63,179 nucleotides of DNA, filler included, from Octopus bimaculoides (GCF_001194135.2; 9 parts of 8 records of this genome joined end to end with filler, not necessarily neighbours in it), one strand, 5' to 3'; shown: positions 51,611-63,179, numbered from the whole stretch's first letter. Numbers and translations are program-made. The notes: generated by a model from the letters alone, not told the origin.

Positions 51611-51864
51611 TCTGTAGTAATAATAAGGATAATAACTGTTCGATGGAATTTATAAATATCTTAATGCATCGCTACGCGCGTTTCCACAAATCACATGTTA
51701 CTTAAGATCATAGTCCGTACTCCTGAGATGATTCGAGCGAAATAGCTGATAGAATAGCTGTACAAATAGCTGGTATCGCCAGTTGGCAACATTAGGTTAT
51801 ATACCGGCATAATAGAATAGATTTTATGTACATATTCAAGACGTTTCCCGTAAACAAACTTCAA

Positions 51865-51955
51865 GGATATGTGGCACCTCGGGTAAGTGTCTTCTACTAT
51901 AACCAAAACCTTTTGACTGGATTTAGTAGCTGGAAAGTGAAAGAAGCCCATCGTT
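51865..51955 (+). mobile_element. SINE family A fragment
   Basis: GGCACCTCGGGTAAGTGTCTTCTACTAT...AAAGAAGCCCATCG. Confidence 0.65.
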
Positions 51956-51965
51956 TATATATATA

Positions 51966-52977
51966 TCATCATCATCATCATCGTTTAACGTCCGCTTTCC
52001 ATGCTAGCATGGGTTGGACGATTTTGACTGACGACTGGTGAAACCAGAAGGCTACACCAGGCTCCAATCTGATTTGGCAGAGTTTCCACAGCTGGATGCC
52101 CTTCCTAACGCCAACCACTCTGAGAGTGTAGTGGGTGCTTTTACGTGCCACCGGCACGAAGGCCAGTCATGAGGTACTGGCAACGGCCACGCTCGAAATG
52201 ATGTATCTTACGTGCCACCTGCACAGGAGCCAGTCCAGCGGTACTGGCAACGAACTCGCTCGAATGTCTTTTCACGTGCCACTGGCACAAGTGCCAGGAA
52301 AGTGACGTTGGTAACGATCACGCTCAAATGGTGCTATTTACGTGCCCCCGACACGGAAACCAGACAGCTGGTGCTCTGGCAACGATCATGCTCGGATGGT
52401 GCTCTTAGTGATCTACTGGTACAGGTGCCATCACGATTTCGCTTTGGCTCGCCCCAACAGGTCTTCGCAAGCGGTTTTAGTGTCCAAAGATGGAATGTTA
52501 CGCGTAAGTGTGCTGGCTACATCCCACGCAGAGGCCTTGGATTTTGATCTCACTTGGCTTGCCGGGTCTTCTCACGCACAGCATATTTCCAAAGGTCTCG
52601 GTCAGAAGTCATTGCCTCGGTGAGGCCTAATGTTCGGAGGTCGTGCTCCACCACTTCATCCCAGGTCTTCCTGGGTTCCCTCAACCGCTAGGATGTGGCA
52701 CTTTTTCACAAAGATATCCTCATCCATTCTCGCCACATGTCCATACCAGCGCAATCGTCTCTCTTGCACACCACAGCTGACGCTTCTTAGGTTCAACTTT
52801 TCTCTCAAGATACTTACACTCTGTCGGGTATGCACACTGACATTACACATCCATCAGAGCATACTGGCTTCATTCCTTGCAAGCTTACACATGTCCTCAG
52901 CAGTCATGGCCCATGTTTCACTGCCATGTAGCATGGCTGTTCGTACACATGCGTCATACTGTCTGCCTTTTACTCTG
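51966..52977 (-). mobile_element. RTE LINE 3' part: ORF end, ~580-nt structured 3' UTR, (GAT)n tail
   Basis: VQERRLRWYGHVARMDED, ...DRDLWKYAVREKTRQAK* (stop ~52550); parent of the many tail-only copies. Confidence 0.9.
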
Positions 52978-53360
52978 NNNNNNNNNNNNNNNNNNNNNNN
53001 NNNNNNNNNNNNNNNNNNNNNNNNNNNNNNNNNNNNNNNNNNNNNNNNNNNNNNNNNNNNNNNNNNNNNNNNNNNNNNNNNNNNNNNNNNNNNNNNNNNN
53101 NNNNNNNNNNNNNNNNNNNNNNNNNNNNNNNNNNNNNNNNNNNNNNNNNNNNNNNNNNNNNNNNNNNNNNNNNNNNNNNNNNNNNNNNNNNNNNNNNNNN
53201 NNNNNNNNNNNNNNNNNNNNNNNNNNNNNNNNNNNNNNNNNNNNNNNNNNNNNNNNNNNNNNNNNNNNNNNNNNNNNNNNNNNNNNNNNNNNNNNNNNNN
53301 NNNNNNNNNNNNNNNNNNNNNNNNNNNNNNNNNNNNNNNNNNNNNNNNNNNNNNNNNNNN

Positions 53361-56014
53361 TGTATTGCTCTTGACACGCAGAGTAGGTTAGTGCGTATAT
53401 CAGGTTCTCCGAAGTACATGTGAAGCTGCTTTTCACTGTGAAACGTTGTCCCTGTTTGAAGGAGAACTCTAATCCCTCGATTATATTGATGCATATCCCT
53501 CAGTTGGGTCTACCGCATTTTTTACTGACGGCTTCGGTGTTGTTGTTGAGCGTATTCGGGCTTATGTTAGGAGACTTTTCATAGATTTGGGCTGTCTCTT
53601 GCTTTTTATGATGATGTGTGTTTGGAGGATTAAGTTCATTCTGTGGTCCTTTTTTAGCAGGGGAATGTTTTGAAGGATGGTGTCGAAGGCTTCATTGTTA
53701 AGAGGGTTGTGTGTGGAGATGTATGGTACGGCTTTTGTTTGTAAATCCTTCTTTTATTTGGGATGTTTGAGTTCGTGGATGTTGAGTTGTAGGGCACGTT
53801 GAAAGCATATGTCAATTAGTGAAGGTGGGTAGTTCCTGGTGATGAGTGTATCCTTTAGCTCATGTTGTCGTGTGTCCCTGGTGCTTGCATTAGAAACTAT
53901 AGTACAGATCCTTTTTACTAGGTTGAAGGAGATATTCATTCTGGTGTGTCTGCGGGGGCATGATTTGAACGGTAGATATTGCTGAGTATATATCTGTTTC
54001 TATTACGTTGTTAGATTTCTTAATGAAGATGTCGGGGAAGGGAAGTTGTTGATGGCTATATTCCATCGTGAATTGAATGTTTACGTCAGGTCCATTTGTA
54101 AGTGCTTGGGATTCTTAAAGTCTCTCTATACTTTCATGCCAAAGAATGAAACAGTCATCCAGGTATCTCTTCCAGTTATTTTCTATGTAGAGTGAGAATG
54201 GGCTGCCGTATTTTTCTCGATAAAGACTAATTTCTAGATATCCCATGACTAAGTTAGCAAAGGAGGGGGCCATTCTCGCACCCATCGCAGTCACCGATTT
54301 TTGTCGACAGAAGTTGTCTTTGAAGACGAAGTAGTTATTCTTCAAGATGAATTTTAGCCCTTCTATCACGAATTCTTTTTTTGATGCGATGTGGGAGTTC
54401 GTTGGTGTAATTCTCTAGCCAGAATTGAATTGCCTCTATTCCTAGGTTGTGGAGGATGTTGGAATAGAGGTTGACTACATCGAAGGATACTAGTAGGGTG
54501 TTTTTGTTTATCGTTTCAGGAAGGTGATTGAGCATATCCAGGTCGTCCCTTATGTAGCTTTTGACATGCTTGAGGAATGGTTTTAAGAGGATATCTAAAA
54601 AGTTACTGAGGTGGTGGGTTTTGCATGCGGGACCTGCTATTATAGGTCTCAATTTGAGGTCATTAGGAGTGGGAACTTTGATTATTATGTCTGTTGCTTT
54701 GCTGCATGTGTTATTTATTTTCTCACTTTTGTGTATCTTGGAAATACCGTAGAATTGACTGGTTTTACTTTTGAAATTGGTCATATAGTCATATTCTTCG
54801 TCGATGAGCACTTCTCTGTATAGGTTTAATATGGATTTTAGGTATCTCGGGCCTTTTCATAATATTTTGTGTTTTCTAATATGGATAGTACTAGAGTTAT
54901 ATAGTATACCGTGTCCATTAAGACAACTGCACTCCCTTTATCAGCCTCTTTGATTGTTATTGTTTTATCATCTTTTAATTTCTTCAGCTCAGCCCATTCT
55001 TTTTTGCTGAAGTTTGGTTTGTGTTTTTGTTTGTGTATCTGTTAGAATGGATAATTTGAGATGTATTTACAGAAATGATCAAGAGTTTTGTTCTTGCCTT
55101 TTGAGGGAGTGTAGTTACTTCTATTTCGGACCAACGATTCGTTTTCGTTGTATTCGTCGTATAGCTCCTCAGCGAGTCGTAATTTTCTACAGAATTCCGC
55201 GATGACTTCTTTCATTTCGTTGTAGTTGGGGCGTTGTGGGGTGGGTCTAAACTTGAGCCCTTTGGAGAGTATATTGATTTGGTTTGCTGTTAGTTCTTTG
55301 TAAGTTAGATTGATAATTTTTTATCACTTTTGGTTCCTCCTCTCTGTTTGGTGCTGTCCCGTGTCTCTGTGTTTGCGTATTGGGTCTAAAAAATGAGGTG
55401 GTTGGGACGGCAGCTATTATGTAGCTGTTCCTTGTTGTTGCGGGATGCTGTGCTGTGATTTATGGTGCGGGTTCTTGGAACGGTATTGAAAGGTATGTCC
55501 TTATATCCCATGTTCGGATGTGGTGTTTTAGGGGGCCGTCGATGGTAATTATTGCGTGTGGTACGGGTTTGTTGTGCGTGGTTGTTTAGTAGATTGTTGG
55601 AACGAAAATTTTGTTGGTAACTCCTTATGGGGGGGAGGAAGTTGCAATGTCTATCCTGCGGGTAGTGATTTTTCCTTTCTCTGTTTGAAGTTGGGGTACT
55701 CCCGATATTGTATTGCTGGTGGCTTACAAAGTTAGGGTTAGGTCTTGTATTCTTTTCTTTGGTAGCGGTGATGGTTCCGATTTTTAGACAGGTGTGAATC
55801 AGTGTTTGAGTGTTGTTTTGATTTTCTTAATTTCAGGAAAGGGTTTTTGGAAGCGTGCTCTGTTTGAAATATGGTTTCATAGTTTGAGAACAAAGAGACG
55901 CTTTTCTCCCAGCGTTGGAGGGATTTCAGTTCTTCTTTATCAAAATCCTCTTTAAATAGTTTGGAGATATTCTCTTGGGTCATTTTGTTAATTTCTTGGT
56001 TGATCTCGGGGCTC
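53361..56014 (-). mobile_element. Penelope-like element, Neptune-type, near-complete RT + GIY-YIG ORF with few lesions; 3' end in gap
   Basis: LSKGLKFRPTP, IKEADKG, SKIHK, LRPIIAGP, SFDVVNLYSNI, TAMGARMAP, WKRYLDD, linker KCGRPN*GICINI, NLIYALTYSACQEQY. Confidence 0.92.
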
Positions 56015-56039
56015 AATCGTACACCGTTTATTCTCCCAC

Positions 56040-56385
56040 GTAAAACTCTAGATCAAAGCCATTACAGATGAAACTGAAACACAAAGACGCTTCAGGGAAA
56101 GAATGGCACTGGAAAAAATGAAAATGGAAATAGAGCTTCTAAAATTGAGAGCTCAGACGAATGAAGATAAAGTAAAATCCGTCGATGAAGAGATCAACCA
56201 AGAAATTAACAAAATGACACAAGGCCCCGACCTAGAGAAGTTCTCCAAACTATGGAAAAAGGATTGTGATAAAGAAGAACCGAAACCCCTCCAACGCTGG
56301 GAGAAAAGCGCCTCTTGGTTCTCAAACTATGAAACCATCTTTCAAACAGAGTACGCTTCCATATATGCGTTCGATTCTGGCTAGG
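56040..56385 (+). mobile_element. Inverted (head-to-head) partial copy of the PLE N-terminal region
   Basis: EINQEINKMTQ...DKEE.K.LQRWEKS.S.FSNYETIFQTE.AS in both 56103-56384(+) and 55738-56016(-). Confidence 0.85.
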
Positions 56386-56452
56386 ATTAGCTCATCATTT
56401 TTCAGTCAATTTGCTTATATATAAATATTACTTTCAATCGGAGAATATATAC

Positions 56453-56520
<68 letters not shown>

Positions 56521-56570
56521 CATTATTATTATTATTATATATTATCATAGTTATTATTATTATTTATATA

Positions 56571-57109
56571 TATAGGGTTAATTAAAAAGAATGAACCGAT
56601 TTCATCACGCAATATTTTTATAAGGAAAAGCAGTAGAAAACTCCAGCTAAGTCACAAGTACTTACTCGCAATCAACTTTTATTTCCTGTCTTACAAGTGT
56701 TCAATGTGGCCACCACCTGCAGTACATGCAGCATCAATGCAATAAGAGAATACCTCCCAGACGCGTATCAGCATATCACGACCCACTGAGTACTTCTTTG
56801 GCTGTCTGGTTGAATGCTTTATCGAAGTTTTTCCATCTCCCTTCTATGTCAATATCTTCTGGAATCGCCTCAAGCAAAACAAATTCATTCTTTAGTTTCA
56901 TAATGAACTTGCTTTTGATATGCTGATACGCGTCTGGGAGGAATTCTCTTATCGCATTGATGTTTCCCGTGCTGCAGGTGGTGGCCACATTGAACACTCA
57001 TAAGACAGGAAATAAAAGTTGATTGTGAGTAAATACTTGTGACTTGGCTGGAGTTTTCTATTGTTTTTCCTTATTAAAATATTACGTAATGAAATCGGTT
57101 CGTTCTTTT
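56571..57109. mobile_element. Foldback of two Tc1/mariner 3' ends around an RTE-derived spacer
   Basis: Arms 56571-56777 and 56917-57109; right arm DMLIRVWEEFSYRIDVSRAAGGGHIEH; spacer (-) FIMKLKNEFVLLEAIPEDIDIEGRWKNFDKAFNQTAKEVL. Confidence 0.8.
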
Positions 57110-58342
57110 GAATGGATTAAGTTACANNNNNNNNNNNNNNNNNNNNNNNNNNNNNNNNNNNNNNNNNNNNNNNNNNNNNNNNNNNNNNNNNNNNNNNNNN
57201 NNNNNNNNNNNNNNNNNNNNNNNNNNNNNNNNNNNNNNNNNNNNNNNNNNNNNNNNNNNNNNNNNNNNNNNNNNNNNNNNNNNNNNNNNNNNNNNNNNNN
57301 NNNNNNNNNNNNNNNNNNNNNNNNNNNNNNNNNNNNNNNNNNNNNNNNNNNNNNNNNNNNNNNNNNNNNNNNNNNNNNNNNNNNNNNNNNNNNNNNNNNN
57401 NNNNNNNNNNNNNNNNNNNNNNNNNNNNNNNNNNNNNNNNNNNNNNNNNNNNNNNNNNNNNNNNNNNNNNNNNNNNNNNNNNNNNNNNNNNNNNNNNNNN
57501 NNNNNNNNNNNNNNNNNNNNNNNNNNNNNNNNNNNNNNNNNNNNNNNNNNNNNNNNNNNNNNNNNNNNNNNNNNNNNNNNNNNNNNNNNNNNNNNNNNNN
57601 NNNNNNNNNNNNNNNNNNNNNNNNNNNNNNNNNNNNNNNNNNNNNNNNNNNNNNNNNNNNNNNNNNNNNNNNNNNNNNNNNNNNNNNNNNNNNNNNNNNN
57701 NNNNNNNNNNNNNNNNNNNNNNNNNNNNNNNNNNNNNNNNNNNNNNNNNNNNNNNNNNNNNNNNNNNNNNNNNNNNNNNNNNNNNNNNNNNNNNNNNNNN
57801 NNNNNNNNNNNNNNNNNNNNNNNNNNNNNNNNNNNNNNNNNNNNNNNNNNNNNNNNNNNNNNNNNNNNNNNNNNNNNNNNNNNNNNNNNNNNNNNNNNNN
57901 NNNNNNNNNNNNNNNNNNNNNNNNNNNNNNNNNNNNNNNNNNNNNNNNNNNNNNNNNNNNNNNNNNNNNNNNNNNNNNNNNNNNNNNNNNNNNNNNNNNN
58001 NNNNTCCATTAAGCCATACCATCAAACATATCCACCAAGCCGCAAAACAAGCCTGCCTCCAACACCTCCAACACCTCCAAGCTGCCAACGTTACATCTTT
58101 TCCATCAACCACCACCACCACCACCACCCTATCGCCGCCAGTCAAACATTTTATGCTCAAGTGTTGAGAATGTCTGCAAGCAGCTTTCATCAACCAAATT
58201 TGTGGATGTATTTCGGTTTCAAACCAGCCTTAGCTGCCATTCTCGCTAAAAATATAAACTAACAATCGTTAGCTTCCGAATTCCATGACTCACTAAATTT
58301 TACTTTACCTATATCAACCTACCTATCTTTGTATCTATCTAC

Positions 58343-58423
<81 letters not shown>

Positions 58424-58631
58424 CATGCATACATACATATGTGTGTGCGTAATTGTATATATACACACACACACCTATGTGTCTTTATTTCTATTTTTAT
58501 ATCTATCTTCCTTCCTATCTACCTACCTGCCTATCTATCGTTGTATCTATTTCCTTATTCATCTAAATATCTATCTTCTCTCGCTTATATACCTACTGAC
58601 GCTTACACCCATACGCACACACACACATATG

Positions 58632-58717
<86 letters not shown>

Positions 58718-59399
58718 NNNNNNNNNNNNNNNNNNNNNNNNNNNNNNNNNNNNNNNNNNNNTTAATTAATTAANNNNNNNNNNNNNNNNNNNNNNNNNNN
58801 NNNNNNNNNNNNNNNNNGAGGAGGAGGGGGAGGAGGAGGGGGAGAGGAGTAGGAGGAGAAGAAGAAGAAGAAGTTGGTATTTATTTCTTAGAATATAAAA
58901 TAAATCTCTAAAAATGGAATTTTTCTACACGCACGTCTGAATGAACTTGATCCAAATATTGCCATAAACTTAGGTCTGTTGAAAATATATTAATATCTGA
59001 ATAAAAGTTTTAAAAATCGATTTAATTTGCAACCTTTTTTTTTTTAGTGGAAGGATCATCATTCCAGTGCATCTTAGTCATCAATCTTTGGTTAGTAGAA
59101 AACAATATTAGCTAGGCTGCATATGAAGGTGAGACTGATCAAACTAATCTTTTTATAAGTTTCCATATTTTTACTACCCGGATCATTTACCTTTAGATAA
59201 ATATAACAATTATTTGAAATAACAGCATACACGCGATGGTGAATACGATAGTTGAAGGCCTTCATTGCATAAAATATTTGAGTTATTTTTTATGAAAATT
59301 ATCCATGGGTTATTGAAGTCAGAATAAGTAGGAAAAGTAAGAACACTTTATCATAAAACTGACCTCAGATTTCTGTGCACTACCTGAGTTGAGAGTTCA

Positions 59400-59830
59400 G
59401 TATTTCAACTTTTATAACATTCTGTCAAACTTCCAGAAATTTTCGTCCGAACTATTTGGCGAGAAAATTCACTAAACTTACTTTTAAGTCTGCTGCTATT
59501 TGGTTAATCCAGTGAAGTCTCATTGGTTGAACTATGTCTACGTACGCACTCTCACTTTTTATGGCAACAGTTAATTTCTCGTAGCGGTCGTTCGGCTTTT
59601 ATGGCAATATAGTTGGGCTGATGTCCTAAACTAGAGATCTGAACGAGATGGTTCGAAAATCAGCAGAAACCTCGCTACAATTTCATATATACTCCTGGTA
59701 ACCGCTGCATTTAAACAGCAAATACTTTTCGAAGACAAATACATCACAGCATCTTCTCTCAGTTCCTCTAGAAATTTGGACCAGCAACACAATTAGAGTT
59801 TGTAATGCCTGGAATAGTCCTTCAGTTTCT
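59400..59830 (+). mobile_element. Very old CR1/L2-like LINE C-terminal remnant
   Basis: YVYVRTLTFYGNS (cf. YVRP.LEY) and IRVCNAWNSP (cf. RVVNAWNSLP). Confidence 0.35.
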
Positions 59831-60573
59831 CCTCACTCTCACAGAAAAAACAAAACACAAGACATAATATCTATATAAAAATACTACATAAGCTGGACCG
59901 TCTCTCGCCTCTTTTAATAACTACGCTAATGGGATCGACTAGCCAACGACGGAACCAGTATTTGACCGTACAGCAAGAGTATTTCAGAAAACAGATACAC
60001 AGTTTTGTGACAAAACTCTGTCACACTTCCTTCTGTGTTTGCATTTGCTACATGTCGAAAACCTCTCTTTGGCTTGTGGCATTAGCAAAACAATTTGCTA
60101 TTGAGCTGTTATTACTACTGTTAATATAATACAAATTTGTGTTGTTGCTCTGGATACTTGCCTGTATTATTTATGAGACTTAATTTCTCTTTTAAATTCG
60201 GTTCCATTTAATTTAATATTATTCCATTATTCGGGATTCTTCTAATGCGACTTCCTTTCTTTCGTACCTCTTACTGCCCCTCCAGAAGAAGATATTTAAA
60301 GGAAGGTAAAAACAAGAACATTTTCATCTAATAAAACTTGAAAATAATCCAGTTCACTTTGAAATGTTTCACATCGCATCTGCTCACGCCAAAAGGCAAC
60401 AACAACATTANNNNNNNNNNNNNNNNNNNNNNNNNNNNNNNNNNNNNNNNNNNNNNNNNNNNNNNNNNNNNNNNNNNNNNNNNNNNNNNNNNNNNNNNNN
60501 NNNNNNNNNNNNNNNNNNNNNNNNNNNNNNNNNNNNNNNNNNNNNNNNNNNNNNNNNNNNNNNNNNNNNNNNN

Positions 60574-60982
60574 GTGACATTTTATAGCAGACGACTGTTA
60601 TATGTTCAATGTCCGGAGTTTTATCCACGCATGCGCAGGGACTAGTTCCGGAAGGAATACAGGAAGAGTCTCATGCGCATGCGTAGAGTTCGACACCAAG
60701 CTTTGGCGCCTTTTCTCAGTCTCTTCGTTGACTGATCTCCGTCGAGCCAAGACGTCCAACAGAGCTCTCTCACATGTCAGCACCAGAGCTTCACAAGTAA
60801 CCACGGAAATCATTCAGAAGGCGTCTCAGTAACCGAGGGCGACGAGCTACCGAATTCCCTCCAAGCGTGAACTGAATTCCACTGTAAATAAATATTGTTA
60901 TGTTGTTCAGAATCTGCGTTCCGTTGTTTCTTCTAGAAATTTAATGTACGGTAGCGGTGTACACCTAATGGTGTATAACCAC
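60574..60982 (+). mobile_element. Possible solo LTR
   Basis: CpG-rich 400-bp island starting (T)GTGACA at gap edge, AATAAA ~60886, ending TATAACCA; no PBS/PPT or second copy seen. Confidence 0.3.
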
Positions 60983-61170
60983 TTCCCTACATACACATGA
61001 CTTTATATTTATGTATACACACATGCAGGTATACATACATACATATGTGCGCGCGTGTATTTGTGTGTGTTTGTACGTATGTACATATAATCAGCTAATT
61101 GTCCATAAGCCAATAAAATGCACTTTCAGTACAAGAAAAGCGAAAACGAGTAGATTTTTTCAAAGTTGAC

Positions 61171-61281
61171 ATGCTTTAAAGGAGATAAGAAAAAAGTCAT
61201 TGTGCGTGTTTAAAGGAGATAAAACGACAGTCATTAGTGCGTGTTTAAAGGAGATAAGAGGACAGTCATTGGTGCGTGTTT
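61171..61281. repeat. Minisatellite, ~3 copies of 33-35 bp
   Basis: GTCATT(A/G)GTGCGTGTTTAAAGGAGATAA repeated. Confidence 0.8.
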
Positions 61282-61582
61282 CTACTTCAATAGACGTCAT
61301 CAGCACGACGATCATCCTAACTTACCTCTGGCACATGTCAGGGAGGTCTTGATTCTTGAGTTTATCTCCACTTCTCATGTGGAGATAATATTAATTGCCA
61401 TTTATAATTATGGCATACGCTCTAGAGGCAGAGATAATTTAAATATATCAAGAATTTATGTTGTATGGTATTTTTAATGTACTTGTATTTGTCTATGTTG
61501 TTGAAATCCACATCACTGGATACTCTGAGTTGCTTCCCTTCGCTCATTTTTCAAATTATATGTGTGTGTGTGTGTGTGTGTA

Positions 61583-61828
61583 TACGAGGGGTTACCCCCC
61601 AAAAAACGGAATTTCGCAATATTATTTTATTCACTTAGTTTTACATGTTTACACTTTTATCGCCTTCAAAGTAGTCTCCATTTGAAGCAATGCATCGGTC
61701 CAGACGCATTTTTCACTGTTCGAAGCAGTCCTGGAATTCTTGTGAAGTGATGCTTTTAATGCCTCCGCCGTTTTTCTCTTCGTCTCTTCCACATCTGCAA
61801 AACGTTTTCCTTTAAGGACTTTTTTCAT
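61583..61828 (-). mobile_element. mariner transposon 3' end, rest in gap
   Basis: TA-CGAGGGG terminus; MKKVLKGKRFADVEETKRKTAEALK followed, after a frameshift, by ...SNGDYFEGDKSVNM*. Confidence 0.85.
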
Positions 61829-62144
61829 NNNNNNNNNNNNNNNNNNNNNNNNNNNNNNNNNNNNNNNNNNNNTTAATTAATTAANNNNNNNNNNNNNNNN
61901 NNNNNNNNNNNNNNNNNNNNNNNNNNNNTACATTTAATACACACTAGAGATACCCATAAAAGGACATCTAACCCACTAGAAAGAGCAGCCAAAGCTCTAC
62001 ACCACAAAATTAGGGATAACTTCGAAAAGGAATGAAAAATAAAAACATTTACCATCTATATTCTGAACCAGGTTTCAAGTTATTTTAGCAAAACAAACTA
62101 TTTTGCGAGGCCAACTATCATCAGCAGAATATCCTAGACAGGCA

Positions 62145-62334
62145 TGTTTGCATGGTTTCAAATTTTGGCATAAGGCCAACATATTTGGCGGGGGGGAAGT
62201 CAATTACGACGGCCCCAGTGTTCCAGTTCTACTTATTTTATTAATCTCGAAAGGCAAAGCAAACCTCGGTGGAATTTGAACTCAGGCCGTAAACACGGAC
62301 GAAACACTGCTAGCGATTCTGCTAGCTCACTGCC
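62145..62334 (-). mobile_element. SINE family B
   Basis: CCTCGGTGGAATTTGAACTCAGG...TTCTGCTAGCTCACTGCC. Confidence 0.75.
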
Positions 62335-62377
62335 ACAAAGTTATTTATATACTGACATTTAAAAAGAAAATGTTGAT

Positions 62378-63000
62378 AATTGACGTTTCGGCTTGGTCGC
62401 TTTCATGAGACTGTTTTATGTGGGTTCTTTTTGGCTTGTTGTTTCTTCTGGATAGGTGGAACTATACCGGGAGCAATCAAGTGTATTATAGATAAATTGG
62501 GGAAGTAGTTGCGTAGAAAGGGGATAAGGGTATAAGAGGGAAGTATGCATTTGTACGGCGTGAATTAATATAATATTATGGTGAGGCGATTTCTTCTTGT
62601 TCAATGAAGGATTATTGTTATTGTTTAGATTTCAGTCATGCTTGGAATCTAGCGATAAAAACAGATTTACCAAATTCACTTCATGATATTCTTTGCAGAG
62701 AAAGTTGGTATTTGCTGTGTTCTATAGTTTACAAAAAAGTATTTGGAGAAAAAGTCAGTTAGTGACACATAGGTCAGACTGGAGTTGGTTGCTGTGCATG
62801 TATTTATATATCTAGTAAGAAATTTTCGAACTGGATAATTTAAAAATGTAATGCTTGAGGACGCCTTGTTACTATAAACAAATACTTGAGATTTCTAGAT
62901 TGTTTCTAGCGTGATTATTTGAATATATATTAAATTATTGTTGACAAGTGCTACACGTAAATTGTTGACATCGATATACAGGAAAAGTATGAAGAAATAT
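62378..63000 (-). mobile_element. Probable decayed PLE 3' end with terminal HHR-like motif (62378-62414)
   Basis: YINTCTATNSSLTYVSLT (GIY-YIG-like), NPSLN ending, then CTCATGA-AAGCGACCAAGCC-GAAA-CG-TC. Confidence 0.4.
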
Positions 63001-63179
63001 TCAATAATATTGCGAATATCCGCTCTGGTGAATAAAAATTTCGTTTACGTTTGTGGTTGGTTGTGAGTACACCTTACTGAGAAATCCTAACGACTTATCT
63101 GCCATACTCACTACGCCACACTGCTGAAACGATTTTCATTTCCATCCGAGATATATATATCCATATATATATATATATA

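Noticed and set aside
52140-52430. Repeat-spacer look of the RTE UTR units as a CRISPR-like array
   Set aside because: Units are degenerate tandem repeats in a eukaryotic LINE UTR; no constant repeat with unique spacers and no cas genes
457-58769. Long ORFs in the supplied track (YIYI, CVCV, HTHT, poly-X, poly-T/V/I, SLSL, RERE)
   Set aside because: Translations of microsatellites or N runs; not genes
2920-61884. Recurrent TTAATTAATTAA
   Set aside because: Always inside N gaps; scaffolding linker, not biology

Overview
AT-rich, microsatellite-saturated animal genomic DNA from a gappy draft assembly (many N runs, eight containing the artificial linker TTAATTAATTAA). Repeat content suggests an octopus/cephalopod genome (inference, not verified). 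No host protein-coding gene can be supported; almost all listed ORFs are translated microsatellites or N runs. The window is a transposon graveyard: about 25 copies of four tRNA-headed SINE families (A, B, C, G here), RTE, R4/Dong-like and CR1-like LINE remnants, a DD37D maT transposon, mariner/Tc1 fragments, hAT- and piggyBac-like MITEs, and at least three Penelope-like elements (PLE), one a nearly complete, frameshifted Neptune-type RT+GIY-YIG copy (53361-56014). The most notable signal is RNA-structural: a core-intact minimal type I hammerhead ribozyme (HHR) motif at 14107-14158(-), several degenerate ones, and three unrelated short foldback elements (35965-36233, 45290-45960, 47930-48095) in which HHR-like motifs sit back-to-back on opposite strands. 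These may be a class of non-autonomous, PLE-mobilised ribozyme palindromes. Boundaries were read by eye and are approximate unless a TSD/TIR is quoted.
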